NCBI GenBank assembly: GCA_020722725.1
Contig: DYKG01000002.1
Location: 28,851 to 92,850, forward strand
Reading direction: 5' to 3'
Length of the DNA stretch: 64,000 nt
DNA from: Candidatus Methylomirabilis sp.
GTDB taxonomy: Bacteria; Muiribacteriota; Ozemobacteria; Ozemobacterales; Ozemobacteraceae
A model generated the notes under the pieces. The model searched no databases. It was not told the origin of the DNA and saw only the letters and a program-made list of their open reading frames with translations. Shown here one piece after another: positions 9,824 through 18,888 of the stretch; position 1 is the first letter of the stretch; each line of letters begins with the position of its first letter. The translations under genes were made by a program, and so were the position numbers.

Positions 9824-12409
9824 ATGTTTTACATGAAGAGGCTCTGGATTTTATTACTGATCTCGACATTATGTTCCGTTTCAATTTATGCCTGCTCTCT
9901 TCCTGCAGAACCCTGCGCAGCTGTTGTTCCCATCAACTCCAGCGGTGCCGGGATGGAAATGATAACCGAAGGAAACACCTTCTTTTATCTTGTTCCCCAG
10001 GGAACAACCGCCAGCTTCAGAACTGTCTGGGACCCCGCATCCCACAACACTGGCGGCGGATTGCTGAAAGGCAAGTATGACTGGTGCATCAAAGCAGGCA
10101 TCGCTTTTGAGCCAGGCGCAGACATGCCAAACGGTTATGGTTATTTTCCAGCGTCAGCGATGGCTGATTTCTTTGAAATTCAGGGAAAAGGCAACGTTGT
10201 TGAAGCTTTTACCAGAACCACCGGGGTTCCAACCGAAGACGCCTTTATTTCCGGCGATCTTGGCCCATATCTTACCCTGTCAGCATTTGCGAAACCCGGG
10301 CAGGAAAGTGAAGTTTCAACGATCGGTGGAACAGCGACTGAATACCCCGACGAAGGACTGTTTCCTCTTGCGGGACTTTCAAATGAACCGGTTGAGCCTG
10401 CCATCGACAGCGTTTTTCCGAACCAACTGAAGAGCAACTCCACCGTTCCCATAACTTTTGAAGGCAGCACAATCAACGTTTATAAAGTTTCAGACAACAA
10501 AGCTATTCAGATTATGAATGAAGGTCTGCTTATCGAAGACATTCAGATTGACTTGACCGACATCGAAGTCAGCGATTATAAAGCCTTCGTCAGGTCTGGG
10601 AATGAAGCCGCAAATGTTGAAATTGAAAGCTCACCCCAGATTCCGCTCAGCATCACCGGTGAGGACGGGGCTCCTGGTCCAGATTACACCATTACTTTTA
10701 ACATTCCCACCTTTAACGGGGATAAAGAAGCCTCAAAAGTGAAGTTCAAAGTATGGGCTCCCGGCGCAGGTTTTGAAATTACTCATGTTTATTGGGCCTG
10801 GGAAGAAAAGGTATTTAACAAAGATTCTGAAACAAGAGTTACCACTCCAGCAGTTTATGATGCCAGCGGTAGCCTGGTTACCCCAGAAGTCAAAACCACC
10901 AAAGAAGTCTGGAAGCAGGAACCTGGAATCAAGAAATGCAGTGAACAACTTAAGCTGAAGGTCATAAAACCAGCCAGGGAAGCTGGTTCTACCGATTTTA
11001 TCGTTTATGACACAAAAGGCCCGATCGCAGCCAGGTTCACCACTAATCCAGCCGAACAGAGCTTCGCCGAAACTGGCCAGACTACCATGCCATTCGTTCT
11101 TGAAGTTCTTGATACTAACCCCTATTTCAAAGAAGCGTTTAACACAACAATCGGCAGCTTCAATTTCAACCAGAGCGTAGATAACCTTAAGCTGAATATT
11201 TACTACACCTACCCATGTTATCAATTCAGCTCTGAGGGCGGCCTTTCAATGGATGCTCTGAAAACGGGTGGCTACGGCCTTGCTGATCTGGAAGACCTGT
11301 CAAACAAAACCGCATCCTTCAAAAGTTATAAATATGAACCCAAATGGGTATGGAAAAGAGCAAAGGTCACTGGCCTTTCAATTTCGGCAAGCACAAAAAA
11401 ACCAGGCAGTACTGGCCGACACGCTGGCTCTCTCAATACCATTAACGGAACTGTAACCATTCAACAGCCAAGACCATGGCATCAGTGCAATGACTCAACT
11501 TCAGCCGATGGTAAAAGCTCGCCTGAGCCGAAATTCAAACTTTTCGCCATTTCCAACGACAGTCAGGGACTGCCCTGCATGCAATATGCCTCGGTCTTTG
11601 GAATCGGTGAAAGTCTGGTAAGCGATACCGCCAAGCCTGATGCAGGTTCAGATTCTGAAGCATTTTCACCGTCTGATGGATCGGTTATTCCGGTTGGCGA
11701 ACTGCTTGATAAAATCCCCAGCCCGGGCATTCCGACCAGCAACTGGAGCAATCTGGCTTTCATGAAAGCAAAAGATGAGATTGCCCCGGAAATTCAAGTT
11801 GTGGTCTTCGATACAAGAACCAACAAATATCACATGTTCGGAACCAAAGAGAACGTTGATGCCAACTTCAGCAATTTTGGCAGCAACGGATTCGATGACG
11901 ACTACTCTTCAGGCGATCTGCCGTATCTTGGCAAAAAAGATGCAATCGACGGCGAACATAAATTTACTGACATAACAGATCTGAATGGGCTTTTCGACAC
12001 CTACCTGTCAGGAGCCAATGCAATTTCAACAGTTGCCGATGACACCAATGTCGGCTATGTCTGCCAGAAAAACAACCGTCTGGTTTTCTACATCAGAGCA
12101 TTCGACAACATCAATACCTGCGACGCATCGAAAAAATTTGGCGTGTCATCAATAGACTATACAATTCAGGACAAAGACGGAGCCGTATCTGATTCAATTT
12201 CAACCTCTGACATGATGAAAGCAATAGAACATGTTTTCAGGTTCGAAAACATCGATGCGGGTGGAGCAGTCAGCCCCGAATATAGTCTGACGGTTAACGC
12301 CTCTGATTTCAATGGCAACAGCCGCGAATTCAAACTTGCTATCGCAGTAATGGGGCGCAAGCTCGACATCCGCACCCTTGAAGAAAGAAGAAAAAGAATC
12401 GACGATTAA
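9824..12409 (+). CDS. Large (861 aa) secreted protein of unknown function, possible pilus-associated adhesin (PilY1-like position)
   Basis: A signal peptide is present (MKRLWILLLISTLCSVSIYA). It is the last gene of the pseudopilin cassette and is followed by a strong terminator. No catalytic motifs were recognised. Confidence 0.6.
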   Translation: MFYMKRLWILLLISTLCSVSIYACSLPAEPCAAVVPINSSGAGMEMITEGNTFFYLVPQGTTASFRTVWDPASHNTGGGLLKGKYDWCIKAGIAFEPGADMPNGYGYFPASAMADFFEIQGKGNVVEAFTRTTGVPTEDAFISGDLGPYLTLSAFAKPGQESEVSTIGGTATEYPDEGLFPLAGLSNEPVEPAIDSVFPNQLKSNSTVPITFEGSTINVYKVSDNKAIQIMNEGLLIEDIQIDLTDIEVSDYKAFVRSGNEAANVEIESSPQIPLSITGEDGAPGPDYTITFNIPTFNGDKEASKVKFKVWAPGAGFEITHVYWAWEEKVFNKDSETRVTTPAVYDASGSLVTPEVKTTKEVWKQEPGIKKCSEQLKLKVIKPAREAGSTDFIVYDTKGPIAARFTTNPAEQSFAETGQTTMPFVLEVLDTNPYFKEAFNTTIGSFNFNQSVDNLKLNIYYTYPCYQFSSEGGLSMDALKTGGYGLADLEDLSNKTASFKSYKYEPKWVWKRAKVTGLSISASTKKPGSTGRHAGSLNTINGTVTIQQPRPWHQCNDSTSADGKSSPEPKFKLFAISNDSQGLPCMQYASVFGIGESLVSDTAKPDAGSDSEAFSPSDGSVIPVGELLDKIPSPGIPTSNWSNLAFMKAKDEIAPEIQVVVFDTRTNKYHMFGTKENVDANFSNFGSNGFDDDYSSGDLPYLGKKDAIDGEHKFTDITDLNGLFDTYLSGANAISTVADDTNVGYVCQKNNRLVFYIRAFDNINTCDASKKFGVSSIDYTIQDKDGAVSDSISTSDMMKAIEHVFRFENIDAGGAVSPEYSLTVNASDFNGNSREFKLAIAVMGRKLDIRTLEERRKRIDD

Positions 12410-12430
12410 AACTGTTTATCAACCGCTTTT

Positions 12431-12466
12431 AAAAAAGCCCCCGCTTTTCCAGCGGGGGCTTTTTTA
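12431..12466. terminator. Bidirectional rho-independent terminator between convergent genes
   Basis: The sequence is AAAAAA-GCCCCCGC-TTTTCCA-GCGGGGGC-TTTTTT. It forms an 8-bp GC-rich stem with a 7-nt loop and A/T runs on both sides, and it overlaps the pfkB-family stop codon. Confidence 0.85.
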
Positions 12467-13390
12467 AATGATCTTTTTAAATTTTACCTGATTCTTTTTT
12501 TGGCATACCATCGAAAAATCGGCTTCGCATGGGCCTGGCATTTCTGAATCAGCCGCCCCTGCCGCGAGCCCCCATAGGGCAGATTCGAGAATATCTAGTC
12601 CTTGACTTCTCCCATAAAGCAAACCCGCCAGCGTTGCATCACCGCAACCAACCGCGCTTACCTGCCTGGCTTCAGCGGGATAAATTTCAAAAACATTCTC
12701 ACCATCCCATAAAAGAACCGGGTTTTTACCATCGGTTATCATTGCACCCCAGATTTTCCTGCATGCAAGATGGCTGAAGAATTTTTTCGGATCACTCATC
12801 GGGTCGATTTTGAAGGTTTCGATTGCCTCATCCCGGTTGTGTTTAAGAAAAAATCTACCAGCTTCACAGGCTCTTTGCAGAGGAATGCCTCTGGCATCGA
12901 GGTAAACCTCGGGTCTAAATTTAAAACAAACACTTAAAACTTTCAGATAAAAATCATCGTTCATACGACCAGGGATAGTTCCGGACATTGCTACAAACTT
13001 AACTTCGGGCATTCTTTTTTCAAGGCAATCAAGGAAATTAAAAACTTCAGAATTACTGAGCTCCGGACCATTCTCGATCCACCAGGTATGATATGAGGGT
13101 TGCTCAACGACCAGATTTATACCCATTCTGGTTTCACCAGAAGTTTCAACCAGATTCGCTGAAATTCCCTGTTGAATTAATCCCTTCCGGATTTTTTTGC
13201 CGTTTTCTCCGCCGGCAAAGCTCATAGCCAGGGCTGGTCTGCCAAGCGTCTTGAGCATACGCGCCACATTGATTCCCTTGCCACCGACAGTAAAGGGAAT
13301 TTGATCGGTTCTTCTGCCACCGGGGTCAGGAATGTTTTTGCTATGGAGAACATAATCGAGAAGAGGGTTTGGAGTAACTGTTACAATCAT
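12464..13390 (-). CDS. PfkB-family sugar kinase (1-phosphofructokinase/tagatose-6-phosphate kinase-like)
   Basis: The N-terminus MIVTVTPNPLLDYV...GGKGINVARML matches the FruK/LacC subfamily, and a C-terminal GCGD ribokinase-family motif is present. Confidence 0.75.
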   Translation of the reverse strand: MIVTVTPNPLLDYVLHSKNIPDPGGRRTDQIPFTVGGKGINVARMLKTLGRPALAMSFAGGENGKKIRKGLIQQGISANLVETSGETRMGINLVVEQPSYHTWWIENGPELSNSEVFNFLDCLEKRMPEVKFVAMSGTIPGRMNDDFYLKVLSVCFKFRPEVYLDARGIPLQRACEAGRFFLKHNRDEAIETFKIDPMSDPKKFFSHLACRKIWGAMITDGKNPVLLWDGENVFEIYPAEARQVSAVGCGDATLAGLLYGRSQGLDILESALWGLAAGAADSEMPGPCEADFSMVCQKKNQVKFKKII

Positions 13391-13441
13391 AATCTTTGCC
13401 GACCGGTTTACTTGAAATCTGATTTAAAGTATCATTTTGCC

Positions 13442-13804
13442 ATGAAAAATAAAACCATTTATTTATTGCTGTTTCATGGTTCGGCGCGTACCGGAGCACT
13501 TCAGTCGGCTTCGGCCTTTACAGACATGCTGGCAAAACATTCCGGCAAAAGTGTCAAGGCCTGCTTTTTAAGGGGTCAATCTCCTGATCTTGAAGGCGCG
13601 ATCAATCAATCGATTGTCGAAGGTTACACCAGAATAAGAGTCATTCAACTGTTTCTGCTGCCAGGTGCGCATGTCAATGAAGACATTCCGGACATCATTG
13701 AAAAGTTCAGACACTCTGACCTCGACCTCGAGGTTCTGCCGTGTCTGGTTGAATTGGAAGAATTTGCCCAAATGCTGCAGATTCTTATGAATCGGCATGA
13801 ATAG
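13442..13804 (+). CDS. cbiX: Small CbiX-type sirohydrochlorin chelatase-like protein
   Basis: The start MKNKTIYLLLFHGSAR matches the LLVGHGSR-type motif of short CbiX. Its length is about 120 aa. The ORF-track start at 13301 would overlap the divergent kinase gene. Confidence 0.55.
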   Translation: MKNKTIYLLLFHGSARTGALQSASAFTDMLAKHSGKSVKACFLRGQSPDLEGAINQSIVEGYTRIRVIQLFLLPGAHVNEDIPDIIEKFRHSDLDLEVLPCLVELEEFAQMLQILMNRHE

Positions 13805-14696
13805 ATCAGTTAGAAAAAAAGCGCTATTTTCAATTATTGTCGCGGTTTTTTTAATAGTATCCGGTATTTTTGGCTTCTACCTTGGCTGGAAACAGGTAAA
13901 AATGCCGATCATGCTGGTATTGACCTTTCACGGGGTTACCGACTCTCCGACATTGCCATGGGAAATTAAATATGAAGAGCTTAAATCAATTATTGAAAAT
14001 TTTCTCCGCCATGACTACAAGGCAATCACTCCTAAAGAATTTGAGCAGCAGGCCAGGTTAAGGCAATTTGAAGGCCGAAAGCTCTTAATTTCTTTCGATG
14101 ACGGATTAAAAACATCGGCAGAGGCAATAAAAAAATTGTTTCAGGAAAAAGGAATTTCATCGGCCTTTTTTATTATCACCGGCGAAATCGGCAAAGAAAA
14201 CTATGTTTCAAATGAAACGCTGGTTGACCTTCAGAAAAATTTCAATTGCCGAATTGGGCTGCATGGCAAACGCCATTATGAAGTTACCAAAATTCTTGCC
14301 GAAGGAACAGACTTAGCTTCAGAACTTGAGCTTGCAAGAAAGAGCTTATCAGCTGCTGTTTCGGCACCAGTTACCTGGTATGCCTACCCCTTTGGCGACT
14401 ACAATGCATCTGCTGCTGCCGCTCTTGCTTCAACCGGTCTGGAACTGGCATTTACTGTTGATGGATACGAAGTTGATCACGAAGCAGACCTGAAAGTGCT
14501 GCCAAGGTTGATGTATTTGCGTGGAGCCTCGTCAGCAGGGGCCCCAGACCCGCTTGACTGGGCACCACCGCAGACCGCAAGATATGGTTCTTTAACCATC
14601 ACACTTTCCTGCATGGTAATTTTTATCAGCCTGAGCTGGATAATCAGAGCAAAAAATCTGCTGAATGCTTCAAGTCAGAATAAAAATCAGGCGTAA
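13797..14696 (+). CDS. Polysaccharide deacetylase (NodB-homology domain) with N-terminal TM anchor
   Basis: Motifs LISFDDGL and GLHGKRHY are present, with an N-terminal hydrophobic segment. It overlaps the cbiX-like stop by 8 nt. Confidence 0.75.
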   Translation: MNRSVRKKALFSIIVAVFLIVSGIFGFYLGWKQVKMPIMLVLTFHGVTDSPTLPWEIKYEELKSIIENFLRHDYKAITPKEFEQQARLRQFEGRKLLISFDDGLKTSAEAIKKLFQEKGISSAFFIITGEIGKENYVSNETLVDLQKNFNCRIGLHGKRHYEVTKILAEGTDLASELELARKSLSAAVSAPVTWYAYPFGDYNASAAAALASTGLELAFTVDGYEVDHEADLKVLPRLMYLRGASSAGAPDPLDWAPPQTARYGSLTITLSCMVIFISLSWIIRAKNLLNASSQNKNQA

Positions 14697-14700
14697 GGGA

Positions 14701-15072
14701 AAAAGCAGAGTAGCCTGTAAGCCGGGTTCTGTACCTTCGTGAGAAGGCGTCGGTCATCTATCTTGGATCAGGGTCTCCCCTGACCTCTAGCGATCTACCC
14801 GGAGTTAAAGCGAGACGGGCCATCTCTACTCCTGTTCGATCTTGCTCCGGCGGGGTTTACCATGTTGCACTGTTGCCAGCACAACAGGTGCGCTCTTACC
14901 GCACCATTTCAACCTTACCTGTGTCTTTCGACCATTGGCGGTATGTTTTCTGTTGCACTTTCCGTCCCCGGCAGATTTCTCTGTCGAAGCCTGGGCGTTA
15001 CCCAGCGCCTTTGCCCTGTGGAGCCCGGACTTTCCTCATCTTTTTAAAGACGCGACCGACCGGCTACTCTGC
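14701..15072 (-). ncRNA. rnpB: RNase P RNA (bacterial type A), rnpB
   Basis: The reverse complement contains GAGGAAAGTCCGGGCTCCACAGGGCAAAGGCGCTGGGTAACGCCCAGGCTTCGACAGAG (P4 and conserved core) and GGTGCGGTAAGAGCGCACC. The P1 pairing is GCAGAGTAGCC (5') with GGCTACTCTGC (3'). There is no ORF, and a U-run follows the 3' P1 strand. Confidence 0.9.
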
Positions 15073-15962
15073 TAATTTTCCTGACTGTCAATCTTAACAT
15101 TACGGCGGGCACCGGTCAATCTCATAATCAGGCCCGCTTTGCCTGATGGATAAACAGGCTCTTTCTTGCGCCTTGAGAAGCCACAGCGTTCACAGGCAAA
15201 AATTCGCCGACGCAGACCCAGGCTATTTTCGCCAGGCTCTTTCAATGTTTCAATGCTGGTTTTCAAAGCACCGTTACACCTGGGACAACGTTCAACAAAG
15301 AAAATAACATATATCAGGAACATTGCAACCAGCAATGCAAGCATGATTTCCTTGGATGTCCAGAGAAAATTGCGAAGGTTAAAAGTACTTGAATGGGTTC
15401 CCTTTCTGGTGCCATCACGCTTCAATTCATCAAGCAGCATGCGCTTCACCGTGGAAACGCCTTCAAGAAAGCCATGACCGTCATTATTTGTGGCGTTGTT
15501 CGGCAAAATCACCTGGTTAAGAATCTTTTCACCCATTTCCCTGGTGATAAGGTATTTCAGGCCAATTCCGACACGCAGATGAACTTTTCCATGTTCTGAG
15601 CCCTCTGGCAGAAGTGCGTAAATCAGAACCCCGCGCTTATCAAGATTGATCGATCTTATCCATTCGGCAAAAAAGGCTTCGACTCTGGACTGGCTGTCAA
15701 TCAAGTTTTCTACTTTTTCAGTGCGAATCAAAATTCTGATACGCATTTTTTCTTCAATTTCTCTGCAGATTTCGATAATCTGTTGCCTGACCTCGGCCTT
15801 GATCAATCCTGCGGAGTCTTCAATAAAGCTGACCGAAGATGCTGATGAAGAGGAAACTTCGGTATGGGTGGCAACCTGGGCCCATATCTGTGAAGAAAAA
15901 AAGCAAAAGACCAGCAGAACCAGACCAAATATTTTTTTTAATTTTACATTTGAATAAATCAA
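15072..15962 (-). CDS. TPM-domain (YgcG-like) membrane protein with C-terminal zinc ribbon
   Basis: A signal peptide is followed by a TPM-like domain and a TM segment, then CPRCNGAL...CERCGF. The stop codon abuts or overlaps the rnpB 5' end. Confidence 0.5.
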   Translation of the reverse strand: MIYSNVKLKKIFGLVLLVFCFFSSQIWAQVATHTEVSSSSASSVSFIEDSAGLIKAEVRQQIIEICREIEEKMRIRILIRTEKVENLIDSQSRVEAFFAEWIRSINLDKRGVLIYALLPEGSEHGKVHLRVGIGLKYLITREMGEKILNQVILPNNATNNDGHGFLEGVSTVKRMLLDELKRDGTRKGTHSSTFNLRNFLWTSKEIMLALLVAMFLIYVIFFVERCPRCNGALKTSIETLKEPGENSLGLRRRIFACERCGFSRRKKEPVYPSGKAGLIMRLTGARRNVKIDSQEN

Positions 15963-16672
15963 TTACGATCACCTGTCCAATAAAGAAGCCTGCCGCAGTT
16001 AGTGCATTTTTCAGCACCATCGTGGGCACTAGCTGCGCTGACAAATCCGCCCGGCAATGCCATACCGCAGCCCGGGCAGGCAGGAGTTTCAATCGGGAAA
16101 ATAACTCTGCCTTTGAGCTGTTGCCGCAGGTCTTCATAAAGCTCGAGGCTATCTGACTCAATATTTAAAGAAGCCTGCGAGCGCTCTGTTTTAAACAGTT
16201 CAATTTCTTTTTTAAGACCAAGAATTTCGTCAGTAACCCGGGCTTTAACTTCTTCAAGATGAATTTTTCTGCCTGCGACCACTTTTTCTTCTTTTGGAAT
16301 GTCGTGCTCGAGCTTTTCGATCTTTTCCATATCTTCAAGAACGGCAGTCTCCAGTTCTGAATATTTGGAGCGCAGAAGCTTGATCTCTTTTTCCAGTGCA
16401 GCGTAAGAAGCCGGCGAAAGACCGGCGCTTTTCATTTTGATATCAGAGGCTTTAATACTGTCATTAACCTCGTTCAACGAGGTTTCGGCCGTGCGGCGAC
16501 GTAATTGAATTTTTTTCAGCAGCGCCTTTTTCTTTTCTGCCAGTTCAGCCGCAGCATCAATTTCCTTCTGCATTTTGAGGATTTTCTGCTTTTTTTCTTC
16601 AATAGCAGCATTGGCTGCGTCAATTTTAAGGTCAAGATTCTGAAGGGGAACCAGTTTTTTGACGGGAATCAC
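15959..16672 (-). CDS. Coiled-coil protein with C-terminal C4 zinc ribbon (COG1579-type)
   Basis: A long coiled coil is followed by CPGCGMALP...CTNCGRLLY. Confidence 0.7.
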   Translation of the reverse strand: MIPVKKLVPLQNLDLKIDAANAAIEEKKQKILKMQKEIDAAAELAEKKKALLKKIQLRRRTAETSLNEVNDSIKASDIKMKSAGLSPASYAALEKEIKLLRSKYSELETAVLEDMEKIEKLEHDIPKEEKVVAGRKIHLEEVKARVTDEILGLKKEIELFKTERSQASLNIESDSLELYEDLRQQLKGRVIFPIETPACPGCGMALPGGFVSAASAHDGAEKCTNCGRLLYWTGDRN

Positions 16673-16882
16673 GGCCTACCTCAACATTAATTTTTCAGGC
16701 CTCCAGCTTAACAGATGAGCGAGCCGGTGTCAAATTGACGATACCTGACAGAACTCTCTTTTGCTAATGAACGGTATTCCCATCGTTCGATGAACATAAG
16801 AAAACCGGCAAACCACTGAGTTGTCCTTGACTTTGAGGGCTGGCTGGTGTTAGCATTGGGTTCCTTGATCTGGAGGTAAGTC

Positions 16883-18214
16883 ATGCACACAATTCCCACA
16901 ATCGCCATTGTTGGTCGTCCCAACGTTGGCAAATCATCACTGATGAATCGCATCGTTGGCTACCGACACGCGATTGTTGACCCTACCCCAGGTGTTACGC
17001 GTGACCGCAACTACGCTGAAACCGTCTGGAACGGCAGAAAATTCAATGTTGTCGATACCGGCGGCCTTGACCCTGACGACACAAAACCTTTGATGCAGGC
17101 CATTAAAAACCAGGTTGATTTTGCCCTTAAAGAAGCCGAATCGATAATTTTCCTATGTGACGGACATGCTGGCCTGGTGCCGGATGACAAACAGATTTTG
17201 AATTTTCTTAGACGCAACTGGCCAGACCGACCACTATTTGTGGCAATAAACAAACTTGATCATGCGGCAAATGATGATATGAACCTGGCGGAATTTTACG
17301 AACTGGGTCTTGATGTTATATACCCGATTTCTGCAGTGCACGGGCATGGTGTTGCCGACCTTCTCGACGTTGCGGTAGAATCGTTTCCCCGCAACTGGGA
17401 AGGCGAAGAGGAAGATAAGAGAACCAATCTTGAACAGATAGCCATTGTCGGCAAACCCAATGTTGGCAAATCTTCTCTTTTCAATTGTCTCATCGGCGAA
17501 GACCGATCAATAGTCGACAATGCTCCCGGCACCACCAGAGATACCATTCTCAAGCGCTTCGTTCGCGATGGCAAAATTTACAATTTCATTGACACCGCAG
17601 GCCTTCGCCGACCAGACCGGGAAAAGGATGATGTTGAACAGTTTTCAGTTTACCGAACTCTTGGCGCAATCAAGAATACTGATTTGGCAATTCTGGTAAT
17701 GGATGCTGCGGAAGGAAAAATTACCAATCAGGACAAACGCATTGCCGGCAGAGTTATAGATAGTGGCGCTGGATGCATTATCGTATGGAACAAATGGGAT
17801 ATTTCAAAGCACAGCGAAAAGGACTGGGATGACCTTACCAGACACACCCGAGATGAGTTTCCGCAGCTTACCTTCGCCCCGATGCTGGCAACTTCGGCAA
17901 AAACAGGCATGCGTGTTAACAAACTGTTTTCTCTGATAAACCAGGTTCAGGTAAATGGCCGCAAGATAGTTTCAAATGATAAATTGAAATCTATTCTTTA
18001 TGATGCGGTAACCATGCAGCCCCCAGCATCATTTAATGGCCATGAAGTCAAGCTTTTTTCCCTGAACCAGTTTCCTGGCCCGCCGATCATTTTCAAGCTT
18101 AAAGCCTCAGAACCGAAAGCGGTTCACTTTTCCTACCAACGCTACATTCTTAACCATATCCGCCAGGAAGAAACATTCGATGGCTGGCCGGTTAAGCTGG
18201 TGGTAAGAAAATAA
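16883..18214 (+). CDS. der: Ribosome-associated GTPase Der/EngA (tandem GTPase domains plus KH-like domain)
   Basis: Two G1 motifs are present (GRPNVGKSSL and GKPNVGKSSL), with DTGG/DTAG and NKxD motifs. Confidence 0.92.
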   Translation: MHTIPTIAIVGRPNVGKSSLMNRIVGYRHAIVDPTPGVTRDRNYAETVWNGRKFNVVDTGGLDPDDTKPLMQAIKNQVDFALKEAESIIFLCDGHAGLVPDDKQILNFLRRNWPDRPLFVAINKLDHAANDDMNLAEFYELGLDVIYPISAVHGHGVADLLDVAVESFPRNWEGEEEDKRTNLEQIAIVGKPNVGKSSLFNCLIGEDRSIVDNAPGTTRDTILKRFVRDGKIYNFIDTAGLRRPDREKDDVEQFSVYRTLGAIKNTDLAILVMDAAEGKITNQDKRIAGRVIDSGAGCIIVWNKWDISKHSEKDWDDLTRHTRDEFPQLTFAPMLATSAKTGMRVNKLFSLINQVQVNGRKIVSNDKLKSILYDAVTMQPPASFNGHEVKLFSLNQFPGPPIIFKLKASEPKAVHFSYQRYILNHIRQEETFDGWPVKLVVRK

Positions 18215-18888
18215 TGGCAAGTGATTATCTATACGCTCTTGTTATTGGATATTTCTGCGGATCTATTCCAACCGCATATCTTATCGGTAGAGTGGTTTAT
18301 CGCCTGAACATCTTCGAGCATGGCAGCAAAAATATGGGTGCCACCAATGTTTACCGGGTTCTGGGCAAAACCCCATTTGCTTTTACCCTGGCTATCGATG
18401 TTTTGAAAGGCATGATGGCGATTATAATTACAGCCAGCGTTCTCCAGAGAAATCCACTCGCGCTTTTCGTGGCTGGCGGTGCAGCTCTGGTCGGGCACAC
18501 CCTTTCTTTCTGGGTCTCTTTCAAAGGAGGAAAGGGAGTTGCATCTGGGCTTGGGGTTTTTATTGCCCTTGCTCCGAAGGCCAGTCTTATAACCCTTACA
18601 ATTTTTCTGTTTATTCTGATTATCAGCCGCATGGTTTCACTTGGATCGATAAGCGCTGCCGCATCTTTGCCATTTCTGATTTTTTATTTTCGGGAAGGCG
18701 GACCGTTGTATTACCATTATTTAACAGGTTTCTCGGCCATTATCGCCGCCTTTATCATTTTCAAACACAAAGAAAACATTAAAAGAATACTAAAAGGTGA
18801 AGAGCTTGCGCTTGGCCAAACGGCAAGAGAAAAATCTGCCACCGGCGATTCTTCTTCCACAATTACAGAATTTGGAGAAAAGCAATGA
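18214..18888 (+). CDS. plsY: Glycerol-3-phosphate acyltransferase PlsY
   Basis: The motif GSKNMGATNVYRVLGK is present in a multi-TM protein. The gene sits between der and gpsA in conserved synteny. Confidence 0.88.
   Translation: MASDYLYALVIGYFCGSIPTAYLIGRVVYRLNIFEHGSKNMGATNVYRVLGKTPFAFTLAIDVLKGMMAIIITASVLQRNPLALFVAGGAALVGHTLSFWVSFKGGKGVASGLGVFIALAPKASLITLTIFLFILIISRMVSLGSISAAASLPFLIFYFREGGPLYYHYLTGFSAIIAAFIIFKHKENIKRILKGEELALGQTAREKSATGDSSSTITEFGEKQ

Noticed and set aside
9871-12375. Multiple short ORFs (60-160 aa) on both strands inside the 861-aa secreted protein gene
   Set aside because: They are contained within a long uninterrupted ORF with a signal peptide, and none has a plausible start context.
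13301-13441. Longer N-terminal version of the cbiX-like ORF (track start 13301)
   Set aside because: It would overlap 90 nt of the divergent pfkB-family gene. The conserved CbiX N-terminal motif (LLLFHGSAR) begins right after the internal ATG at 13442.
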